This document shows positions 9,426 to 17,533 of a DNA stretch of 64,000 nucleotides, in pieces. Both the position numbers and the translations under genes were made by a program. The notes below the pieces were generated by a model. The model saw nothing but the letters and a program-made list of their open reading frames with translations. It was not told the origin of the DNA and ran no database searches. Position 1 is the first letter of the stretch; each line of letters starts with the position of its first letter. Origin of the DNA: Myxococcota bacterium (GTDB taxonomy: Bacteria; Myxococcota_A; Polyangia; Nannocystales; Nannocystaceae); contig JBCCHT010000027.1 in the NCBI GenBank assembly GCA_039028615.1, forward strand, positions 1-64,000, given 5' to 3'.

Positions 9426-11498
9426 ATGCGCGAGCGTGAATTCGAGATCCTGATCCGTCACGGCCGCATTCCGCTGCCCCCCGCCGGGCCGGAGCCCCTC
9501 GGCCGCGCCGCGCTGGCGACCCTCGCCGCCAACATCACCCACTACGGCTACGCGCTCACGCACGATGGCTTCGTCGCGCTGTCGCAGGCCTCGGCCGCCG
9601 ACGTCGAGCAGTGGTGGGCGACGGTCGAGCTCGCCCTCGTGACCATCACGTGTGAGGACAAGGACATGGGCGCCCACGTCGTCTACAAGAACTTCCCCGC
9701 CGAAGTCCTGGAGATGAGCGAGTCCGAGTACTGGTTCAACCAGATCTGCATGTACTGGGGCATGCCCAACGAGTGGTTCACCACACCGGCCAAGCCCCGG
9801 GAACCGCTCGACGAGAAGATCAAACTCAAAGTGCTCCACGGCGCGACCGCGGACGCGCTGAACGAGATCTACCGCGGCCTGCTGCGCCTGCCCGCCCGCT
9901 GGACCCCGGACCAGTGGGGGGAGGTTCGCGATCTCGTGCCGCACTGCCACCGTGCCGTCACCGAGGCACCGCCCTTCAAGGAGAACTTCGTCCGGCTCTC
10001 GGCCGCGCTGGTCGATCATGGCGTGCAGCCCGAGGTCTCCACCGCCACCGACGTGCTGCGGCTCGCCATCGCCATGAGCGAAGGCGACATCTCCATGGCC
10101 GAGAACACCACGCTGCGCTGCCTGTCCCGCAAGCAACGTCGCGCGCTGCTGCACGCGCTCGAGCACGCCGATAACCTCGACGAAGACGTGGCGCGTCGGC
10201 GCGAGCACTTCAAGCGACTCTTCCGAGCCCTGCGCCCGGGCGACTACGCAGCCCGCTTCCCGCGTGGGGTCTCCATCTACGATCGTCTCTATCGCGGCGC
10301 CCCCATCGAGACCTTCGACGCCAAGCTCGAGCGCTTGCTCGCCGCGCGGGACTCCGCCGTGCTGCCCGTGCTCGCCCAGCGACCAGGCGTATTCATGCGA
10401 CGCCTGCACCACTGCATCCAGCTGTTCGGCTCCGACGCGGTGGAGGCCTTCGGCGCGGTCATGCCCAAGCTGACCACCGTCCAGTTGCTGAAGCTACTCG
10501 GGGTGTTTCGCACCGACCACACGCGGAAGTTCCGAACCTTCGCTCCGCGCAGCAACTGGGCGAAGTTGCAGACCCGCCCCGCCGACCGACGCCGACGCCT
10601 GAGCGAAGCCCTCCGCACGCCGCTGGTCACCGCGCTCGAGACCACCATCGCCCGCCGCGTGAAGGCCAAGGTCCCCGAGGTCCAGCTCGACCCGCGGACC
10701 CGGTGGATCAAGCTCCAGACCAGCGACAGCGACCTGTCTCCCTACGGCCGCGGGACCCGTTTTCCCCTGCCCGCGAAGACCAAGTTCATTCGCACCGCCA
10801 GCTACTGGGAGTCCGGGCCGACCCACCGCAACCTCTGGTACGACAACAGCTGGAGCTTCTTCGACGACCAATGGAAGCCCATGGGGGTCTGCTGCTGGAA
10901 TCACACGCGTTTTTTGGGCGATGCGGCGATCTTTAGTGGCGACCCCACCAACTCCAAGAGCCTGAAGGGCCGGGCGTGTCAGCTCATCGACCTGTACCCC
11001 GGCGAGCTGGCCCGCGCGAAGGTGCGCTACGCGGTCTGGAACATCCTTTGCTACTCGCACAAGACCTTCAACGACGCGGTCGAGGTGTTGGCCAGCCTGC
11101 AGTGGGGCGCCAACCCGCTGAAGGGCAAGCTCTTCGAGCCCGCCCGCTGCCAGCTCTCGTTCCAGCTCCGCGGCGACAACCTCACCAAGTACGTCGCCTA
11201 CCTCGACGTCCGCGAGCGCCAGATGGTCTACATGGACGCGAACCTGTGGGGCAACGTGCAGTCTGCAGGCGGGAGCACCAAGGTGCTGTCGGCCATGATG
11301 CCGGCGTTCGTCGAGTACCTCGACACCCTACCGAGCGTGCACGACCTGTTCGCCGGAGTGCCGCGAGGCAAAAGCGGCATGCCCGTCGCGTACGACGACG
11401 GCAAGCTCTCCCTGTCGGGCGAGCGCGCCTATGTGTTTCGGACCATCAACCAAGGCAGCCGCTTCTCCGCCTTCGACACCCACGAACTCCTCGGGTAG
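9426..11498 (+). CDS. Large helical protein with C-terminal TerD-like domain (resembles the MXAN_6230/SCO0854-type family but without the RING finger)
   Basis: Motifs VYKNFP.EV, STATDVLRLAIAMSEGDISM, RPGVFMRRL, YGRGTRFPLP and the TerD-like FSGDPTN...ACQLIDL...RYAV.NI.CYS...FEP. Start ATG 9426 has TATAGT 7 nt upstream. Confidence 0.75.
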   Translation: MREREFEILIRHGRIPLPPAGPEPLGRAALATLAANITHYGYALTHDGFVALSQASAADVEQWWATVELALVTITCEDKDMGAHVVYKNFPAEVLEMSESEYWFNQICMYWGMPNEWFTTPAKPREPLDEKIKLKVLHGATADALNEIYRGLLRLPARWTPDQWGEVRDLVPHCHRAVTEAPPFKENFVRLSAALVDHGVQPEVSTATDVLRLAIAMSEGDISMAENTTLRCLSRKQRRALLHALEHADNLDEDVARRREHFKRLFRALRPGDYAARFPRGVSIYDRLYRGAPIETFDAKLERLLAARDSAVLPVLAQRPGVFMRRLHHCIQLFGSDAVEAFGAVMPKLTTVQLLKLLGVFRTDHTRKFRTFAPRSNWAKLQTRPADRRRRLSEALRTPLVTALETTIARRVKAKVPEVQLDPRTRWIKLQTSDSDLSPYGRGTRFPLPAKTKFIRTASYWESGPTHRNLWYDNSWSFFDDQWKPMGVCCWNHTRFLGDAAIFSGDPTNSKSLKGRACQLIDLYPGELARAKVRYAVWNILCYSHKTFNDAVEVLASLQWGANPLKGKLFEPARCQLSFQLRGDNLTKYVAYLDVRERQMVYMDANLWGNVQSAGGSTKVLSAMMPAFVEYLDTLPSVHDLFAGVPRGKSGMPVAYDDGKLSLSGERAYVFRTINQGSRFSAFDTHELLG

Positions 11499-11501
11499 AC
11501 T
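11473..11501 (+). promoter_or_regulatory. Sigma70-like promoter TCGACA-N17-TAGACT overlapping the stop codon of the TerD-like gene
   Basis: -35 TCGACA at 11473-11478 (5/6 match to TTGACA), 17-nt spacer, -10 TAGACT at 11496-11501. Predicted +1 at about 11508 coincides with the first base of a closing stem. Confidence 0.6.
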
Positions 11502-11507
11502 GGGTGC

Positions 11508-11607
11508 TCGAGGCCATGGCGGTCCTTCCTTCTCCTAGGCTTCGGCCTATCACTGCATAGGGCTGCCGCTTCCCTCGACTTTGGGACCCGCTCGGGTCCC
11601 TTTTTTT
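11508..11607 (+). ncRNA. Candidate small structured RNA (end-paired, bulged stem, pyrimidine-rich internal loop, UUCG hairpin; Y-RNA-like architecture)
   Basis: TCGAGG 11508-13 pairs with CCTCGA 11573-78. GGCGGTCCT 11518-26 pairs with AGGGCTGCC 11559-67. TAGGC-TTCG-GCCTA at 11536-49. Flanked by a promoter and an intrinsic terminator. Confidence 0.6.
11583..11607 (+). terminator. Rho-independent terminator
   Basis: GGGACCC-GCTC-GGGTCCC followed by T7. Confidence 0.9.
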
Positions 11608-11613
11608 GTACGG

Positions 11614-11635
11614 GCCCCTCGATCGATCGAGGGGC
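11614..11635. repeat. Perfect 22-bp palindrome GCCCCTCGATCGATCGAGGGGC
   Basis: The sequence equals its own reverse complement. Confidence 0.85.
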
Positions 11636-11686
11636 AGACACGGGCGGTACCCCTTCTGGATGCTGGCACGAAGGATCCGCCTCACC

Positions 11687-12056
11687 ATGAAGCTGCCGCG
11701 CACCTCGACCGCCCCTCGCCCCCGAATTTCCCGTCCGATCTCGTACGAGCGCCGGGCCGCCGTGATGCTCGCGAGCACGGGCAAGTCCGAGGAGGAGATC
11801 AGAAAAGACATGCAGGAAGGGCTTCGACGACTCACCGAGCTCCACGATGAATGTGGGTGGGACTGCGGCCGCCTTCCTGTCCTGCATTTCCAACGGCGGC
11901 GGCGAGAAGACGTGCGCGCTCAAGGCCGGCTGGAGCCAGGGGTTCTTCAAGGCGAGCCGGTGCCTGGAGATGGGCAAGGACTTGGGCGGCTTCGGGGAGT
12001 CGATGAAGACCAAGTACGAGCCCGAGCTGAGCAAGTTCAAGAAGGACGAAAAGTGA
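11687..12056 (+). pseudogene. Small Cys-containing protein gene, possibly split by a one-base frameshift near 11816-11821
   Basis: AAGGA RBS then MKLPRTSTAPRPR...KDMQEG. Removing one G from GAAGGG continues as FDDSPSSTMNVGGTAAAFLSCIS...KKDEK* (ORF 11847-12056). Confidence 0.4.
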
Positions 12057-12108
12057 CCCGGGCGAGCGCCTCGGGCCACCACATGCAGCCGCCTTTACCC
12101 GACCGCCG

Positions 12109-12450
12109 CTACGCCTCGGGCTCTTTACGCCGCACGCGTCGCCAGATGCGAGCGACGAAGGGCGTGAGCAAGATGGCGGCGGGGATCCGCACCGGCTTGG
12201 TCAGCGCCCAGCCGAACGCCGCCGCCCCGAGCACGGTGGCCGTCTCCCCCGCCCCCTCGACATCGAAGCCGACCAAGAACGCGGCGGCGAAGCCCAGGTA
12301 GGTCAGCGCGGAGAGGCTGAGCAGCACCACGATTCCGACCGAGCCGTACTCGACGAGCAGCGCCTGCAGGCGGCTCATCTTGTCTTCCTTGGCGTCGGCG
12401 CCTTCGGGGGCGTCGGTCTTCGCCGCTTCGGCCTTCGATGCTTCGCTCAT
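12109..12450 (-). CDS. DUF1279/FAM210-like small membrane protein
   Basis: LLVEYGSVGIVV...ALTKPVRIPAAILLTPFVAR; overlaps the udk stop by 4 bp. Confidence 0.75.
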   Translation of the reverse strand: MSEASKAEAAKTDAPEGADAKEDKMSRLQALLVEYGSVGIVVLLSLSALTYLGFAAAFLVGFDVEGAGETATVLGAAAFGWALTKPVRIPAAILLTPFVARIWRRVRRKEPEA

Positions 12451-13070
12451 CGCTCCTCCTCGTCGATCGCGGTGCGCAGGCGCGCCGCCAGCAGGTCGAG
12501 CGCAACCTGGTTGCGTCCGCCCTCGGGCACGATGATGTCGGCCCAGCGCTTGGAGGGCTCGACGAACTGGAGCTGCATCGGTCGCACCGTCGTGTAGTAC
12601 TGCTTGCGAATCGAGTCGAAGCTCCGGCCCCGCTTCTCGATGTCGCGGCGGATCCGACGGAAGACCCGGATGTCGGCGTCGGTGTCGACGAAGACCTTGA
12701 TGTCGAACAGCTCCCGCAGGTTGGGCTCGGTGAGCACCAGGATGCCCTCCACGATGATCACCGCCGCCGGAGCGATCGACTCCGTCTCTTCCCGGCGTCG
12801 ATGCGTCGAAAAATCGTAGAGCGGCACCTCGACCCCGCGCTGGGCCCGAAGGTCGCGCAGGTGCTGGACCAGCAGCGAAGTCTCGAGCGACTCGGGGTGA
12901 TCGAAGTTGAGGTCGCAGCGCTCCTCGTAGCTGAGATCGGAGCGATCGAGGTAGTAGCTGTCGTGCTGGAGCAGCGCGACGGAGCGCCTGGGCAGCGACT
13001 CGGTCAGTTTGCGGGCCACGGTGGTCTTGCCCGAACCGGTTGCGCCCGCGATTCCGACGACCAACGTCAT
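12447..13070 (-). CDS. udk: Uridine kinase
   Basis: GIAGATGSGKTT, NFDHP, PLYDF, VEGIL, RRIRRDI..RGR, FVEPSKRWADIIVP. Confidence 0.95.
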   Translation of the reverse strand: MTLVVGIAGATGSGKTTVARKLTESLPRRSVALLQHDSYYLDRSDLSYEERCDLNFDHPESLETSLLVQHLRDLRAQRGVEVPLYDFSTHRRREETESIAPAAVIIVEGILVLTEPNLRELFDIKVFVDTDADIRVFRRIRRDIEKRGRSFDSIRKQYYTTVRPMQLQFVEPSKRWADIIVPEGGRNQVALDLLAARLRTAIDEEER

Positions 13071-13203
13071 TGCGCAGATCCCTAGCACAGGGCCGCGCTG
13101 GCCGTCCTCGGCGCCGGTCTCCGTTGGCTCACCCCGCCGATCAGCCCGCTTTTTCGCGGATTTGTTGGGCGACGGCCGGGCTCCTCGCTATCGTCGCGCG
13201 GTC

Positions 13204-15135
13204 GTGGCGCAGAACAAGCGGCCCGGGTCGATCCTCTCGGGACAGCTCCGAACGGGGGGCATTTCCCTGCTGGGGCGACTGCCCGGCCTGGCGCCGACCT
13301 TCTTGGTGGTCGCGCTGCTGGCTTGCGTGCTGGTGCCGCTGCCCACGCCGCTGGTCGATCTCCTGCTGTCGGTGAGCCTGGCCGGCGCCGTGCTGCTGCT
13401 AGTGGCCAGCCTGGGCGTGCGGCGCTCGGCCGACTTCCTCAATTTCCCCGCCCTGCTGCTGCTGGTCACGCTGTACCGGCTGGCGATCAACGTCTCGACG
13501 ACCCGGCTCATCCTCAGCCAGGCCGACGCGGGTCAGGTCGTCGACGCCTTCGCGACCTTCGTGGTCCGCAACGATCTCGTGGTCGGCGGGGTGATGTTCG
13601 CGATCATCTCGGTGATCCAGTACCTGGTCATCGCCCGCGGCGCGGAGCGAGTGGCCGAGGTCGCGGCCCGCTTCGCCCTCGACGGGCTCCCCGGTCACCA
13701 GCAGGCCATCGAGGCCGACCTCCGGGCGGGGCTCATCACCCCGGCCGAGGCGGCCCGACGTCGCTCGCGACTCATCGAACGCTCGAGCTTCTATGGCGCC
13801 ATGGACGGGGCGATCCGCTTCGTGAAGGGCGATGCCATCGCAGGCCTGGCCATCACCGGGATCAACCTCGCGGGCGGCCTGGTCATCGGCATCGTCCGCA
13901 TGGGCTACACCTGGCAAGAGAGCCTCGAGGTCTACGGCCGGCTGACGATCGGCGACGGCCTGCTCGCCCAGATCCCCGCCCTGCTGGTCAGTCTCGCCGC
14001 GGGCGTGCTGGTCTCCCGCGTCGACGAGAGCGCCGACCGAACGCCCAACCGCCTGCGCTGGCTCGAGCCCGCCATGCTGCTGGTCCCCGCGACCATGCTG
14101 CTGGTGCTGGCCGTGGTGCCCGACATGCCGGGGCTGGCCTTCGTGACCACCGCGACCGCGTTGCTGACCGGCGCCCTGCTGCTGGCGGCTCGCAGCGCCC
14201 AGGACCCGCCGACCGAGGCCGCGGGACCGCCAGGGCTGAGCCTGCGCCTGCACCCGTCGGCTCTCGAAGACTCTCGCGGGCTGGAGCGGGCCTTGGCCGA
14301 GCTATCGCGCCGTTGTCACGACGCGCTCGGCATCGACATGCCGCCGCTGAGCCTGTCGCTCGACGTGTCTGCGCCCCCCGATCGCTGGGAGCTGAGGGCC
14401 GGGTCTCGACTGCTGCGGCGGGCGCCCTTGCCCTCGCCGTGCACCGTCGAAGGCATGCTGCTGGTCGTGTTCCGGGCGGTGATGGACCACGCGCCCTCGC
14501 TCGTCGATCTCCAGGACCTCGAAGACTCGCTCGAGACCCTCCGGGGCAGCCACCCCGTGCTGGTGCGTCGCGCTCTGGAGGCGGTCGAGACCATCGACCT
14601 GCTGACCATCGTGCGGGCCTTCCTCCGCGAGCGTGTGCCTCGACCCCCGCTCACCGCCATCTTGGGCGTCATCGCCGAGGACCGTCGCTTTCGCGACCCC
14701 GCCGAGCGCCCCCGCTTCGCCGAGCACGTCCGCGAAGGGCTGGCCAGCCACTGGGTGCCCGCGGTGGTCGACGGCCTGCACGGCTTGGGTGAGCCCAGCT
14801 GGATCCGCCTGAGCCCCGACGCCGAAGAAGAGCTCGCCGATCACACCGTGGTGGGTGCGAAGGGCATTACGCTGCGCATGAGCTCCACGCTGCGCAAGCG
14901 CTGGATCGAAGCCCTCCGCGAGGTCGGCGAGCAATCCGACGGCGGCACCAAGGATCCGCAGCCGAGCCAGCGCCCCTTGGTGTTGCTCACGACGCCTCGC
15001 GCCCGCCCGGCGGCGATTGCTCTGCTGGAGGGCACCACGCCGCACGTGCCCGTGCTGAGCACGGCAGAGCTGCGACGCTCGGCGGTCGAGCCCGTGCCGG
15101 CCACCCGCTGGCTCGAGCCGCCCATCACGGCGTGA
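13204..15135 (+). CDS. FHIPEP family (FlhA/SctV) type III export gate homologue, orphan, with divergent cytoplasmic domain
   Basis: FPALLLLVTLYRLAINVSTTRLIL, GAERVAEVAARFALDGLPG.QQAIEADL, FYGAMDGAIRFVKGDAIAG, LTIGDGLLAQIPALL. Start uncertain (ORF opens at 13009). Confidence 0.9.
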   Translation: MAQNKRPGSILSGQLRTGGISLLGRLPGLAPTFLVVALLACVLVPLPTPLVDLLLSVSLAGAVLLLVASLGVRRSADFLNFPALLLLVTLYRLAINVSTTRLILSQADAGQVVDAFATFVVRNDLVVGGVMFAIISVIQYLVIARGAERVAEVAARFALDGLPGHQQAIEADLRAGLITPAEAARRRSRLIERSSFYGAMDGAIRFVKGDAIAGLAITGINLAGGLVIGIVRMGYTWQESLEVYGRLTIGDGLLAQIPALLVSLAAGVLVSRVDESADRTPNRLRWLEPAMLLVPATMLLVLAVVPDMPGLAFVTTATALLTGALLLAARSAQDPPTEAAGPPGLSLRLHPSALEDSRGLERALAELSRRCHDALGIDMPPLSLSLDVSAPPDRWELRAGSRLLRRAPLPSPCTVEGMLLVVFRAVMDHAPSLVDLQDLEDSLETLRGSHPVLVRRALEAVETIDLLTIVRAFLRERVPRPPLTAILGVIAEDRRFRDPAERPRFAEHVREGLASHWVPAVVDGLHGLGEPSWIRLSPDAEEELADHTVVGAKGITLRMSSTLRKRWIEALREVGEQSDGGTKDPQPSQRPLVLLTTPRARPAAIALLEGTTPHVPVLSTAELRRSAVEPVPATRWLEPPITA

Positions 15136-15195
15136 GCCACCGATCCCGGCGCGTGGTTGCGTCGGCTCGCGCATCGGTGGCAGCGTTCCGAGTGC

Positions 15196-16311
15196 ATGGC
15201 TGGCTCGCCCACGACCTACTGGGACTACATTCGTGTCGAGGACCTGTTGTCGCTGCAATCGGGCCTCGAGCGTGACGAACCCTCGCTGTCGAACGACGAG
15301 GTCCTGTTCATCACCGTCCACCAGATCGACGAGCTGTGGTTCAAGCTGATCCTCCGCGAGCTGGTCAACGTGCGCGCCTGCTTCGCGCGCCGACCCGTGC
15401 CCGAGCAAGCGCTGTCCGCCGCGGTGCGAGGCATCCGTCGAACCTCCACCCTGCTGCGCAACGTCGCCCAGCACTTCGAGCTGATGGAGACGATGACCAC
15501 GCGAGACTACCTGGCCTTCCGCGACAAGCTCAGCCCGGCCAGCGGCTTCCAGTCGGCGCAGATGCGAGAGATCGAGATCGTGCTCGGTCTGCAGTCCAGC
15601 CAGCGCGTGGCCATGGGCCACGAGGACAGCTACCTCGACGCGCTGCGCGACGAGGACGGCAACGAAACCTCGTCGCTACGCCGTGTGCGAGCCCGACTCG
15701 CCGAGCCCCACTCGCTCAAAGATCAGATCGACGAGTGGCTCTACCGCACGCCGATCCAGGGCTCGCGCCCCGACGATGCCGACGACGCGGCCAAGGTGGA
15801 GACCTTCATCGAGGACTACCTCGGTGCCCATCGGCGGCAGATGGAAAAGCAGACCGACAGCCACCAGGTCAGCGCCCACAACCCCGACGACGTCGCCCGT
15901 CTCCAACGACGCTTCACCCAGCAGGTCGAGTCGGCCCGTCGCTTCATGCGAGCCGAAGATCATCCCGAGGCCGACCGACCCAAGATGAGTCGCATCCGGG
16001 CCGCGATCGTCTTCATCGAGAGCTATCGCGAGCTGCCGCTACTTGCGTGGCCGCGTGAGATCGTCGATGGCGTGGTCGCCCTGGAGCAGGCCTTTTTGAT
16101 TTTCCGTCAACGACACGCCCGGATGGTGGAGCGGGTCATCGGTCGCCGTGTAGGTACCGGTGGTTCTGCGGGGGTCGACTACCTCGACCAGACCGCACTG
16201 AAATATCGGGTATTCTCCGACGTGTGGGCCGTACGGACCCTATTGCTGCGCAGTGATGCGCTGCCACCAGTGCAACACCTCGAACTCTACGATTTTGCCG
16301 GGGGGCTTTGA
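15196..16311 (+). CDS. kynA: Tryptophan 2,3-dioxygenase (long form)
   Basis: YWDYIRVEDLLSLQ, FITVHQIDELWFK, PASGFQSAQMREIE, RHARMVERVIG..VGTGGSAGVDYL. Confidence 0.93.
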   Translation: MAGSPTTYWDYIRVEDLLSLQSGLERDEPSLSNDEVLFITVHQIDELWFKLILRELVNVRACFARRPVPEQALSAAVRGIRRTSTLLRNVAQHFELMETMTTRDYLAFRDKLSPASGFQSAQMREIEIVLGLQSSQRVAMGHEDSYLDALRDEDGNETSSLRRVRARLAEPHSLKDQIDEWLYRTPIQGSRPDDADDAAKVETFIEDYLGAHRRQMEKQTDSHQVSAHNPDDVARLQRRFTQQVESARRFMRAEDHPEADRPKMSRIRAAIVFIESYRELPLLAWPREIVDGVVALEQAFLIFRQRHARMVERVIGRRVGTGGSAGVDYLDQTALKYRVFSDVWAVRTLLLRSDALPPVQHLELYDFAGGL

Positions 16312-16333
16312 CTCGACCCGCTCGGGTCGCGTC
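16310..16333. terminator. Hairpin between convergent genes (possible terminator)
   Basis: GAC-T-CGACCC-GCTC-GGGTCG-C-GTC right after the kynA stop; no strong U-tract. Confidence 0.4.
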
Positions 16334-16473
16334 ACCGGCAGCTGAATCGGTGAGGAATTGCTCACGGAGTTTCGCGGGGGAAGGGTAAGTGCGTGCATCC
16401 CGTGCACGTGCGCAGGATGCATGCCCGACGTCGAAGCTCCCCACACGCACCGCCTCGACGTCGGTTGGGCCGC

Positions 16474-16890
16474 TCAGCCCCAGCCGGACTGGAACGTCCC
16501 CGACTCTTGAGCGGGGGGCGTGGGTGCGGCCGGTGGCGTGTTGGTCACGACCGGAGTTGGAGCCTGGGCCACCGGACGAACCAGCGGACCACGCGGCTTG
16601 CGTGACATCCTGCGGATCATTCGGCGAAGGCTCTTGGCGATCGCATGACCCGTCGGAAGTACCACTGCGACCGTTTCTTCGCCCTCGGTTTGCAGCACGA
16701 CGGTGTGCTTGCCGACGACCAGTCGAATGGTCTTCTCACCGGTCTTCTCCAAAAGAGAGTGCGCGGCCTCGAGGATCGAACTCCAAGAGTCCTCGCCCCG
16801 AAACTCACGGGGACCAGCAGGAGAGATTACGGAGACGGCCACAATGCCTTGGGCGGCCGCCAGGTGTTCGATGTTGGCTCGGAGACTCAT
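16474..16890 (-). CDS. Small Roadblock/LC7 (MglB)-like protein with Pro/Thr-rich tail
   Basis: Pattern IEHLAAAQGIVAVSVISPAG, then a helix, three strands (IRLVV, TVVLQ, TVAVVL) and a C-terminal helix. Confidence 0.5.
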   Translation of the reverse strand: MSLRANIEHLAAAQGIVAVSVISPAGPREFRGEDSWSSILEAAHSLLEKTGEKTIRLVVGKHTVVLQTEGEETVAVVLPTGHAIAKSLRRMIRRMSRKPRGPLVRPVAQAPTPVVTNTPPAAPTPPAQESGTFQSGWG

Positions 16891-17533
16891 GGGTTTGCCT
16901 ACCTTTTGCGGTCCAGGTGCGGAGGACCGCTACGTTCGAAGTCTGAAAGAAACGCAGACCGCTGCCAGTGCCACCGTGGGATACGTACGTTTGCGGCCAT
17001 TGGATCGCTCTCGGCTGTATCGGTGGAACATTGTCGATGGCGGCGGCCACGCTACAGCTAGTACTGCGCTCGGGCCGATCCCGTTACAATTGGATCGCAC
17101 CCGGCCGTTTCCGCGCACGCGAGCCCCCTCACTGAGTCAAAAGCGGCGCTAGACCCCCCGAAACAACGGTCTGACGAGCTGGAATCGCGCAGGTTGACGC
17201 CTCATCGACTTTAGGTCAGCGCATTTGGTCGAGAAATTTTGGCTAGCTGCGACCCATTGCCCCGCCGAGATCATCTGAAACGCCTGGCTGCGACAATCGA
17301 TCACCATTGCGCTACGCACGAGTACGATTGCCGAATTGTCAACGCTGCCGTGAGTGAGCGCGCCGGTCACGTAGTTCGTTCCAGAAGGAAAAATCGTGCC
17401 GCCGATCACAATACGAATCGGGGCGGATGTACGTTCGGGAAGGACTGGCCGACTCGTCAGCCAACTTTGTTGACGATCTCCGCAACGGCTCGAGTCGGTA
17501 CACTCCCGCTCCCCTCGGTTCCGCGATCCATCC

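Noticed and set aside
11508..11580. tRNA or known riboswitch identity for the structured element
   Set aside because: No cloverleaf, T-loop or CCA end, and no riboswitch consensus I recognise; kept as an unknown ncRNA candidate.
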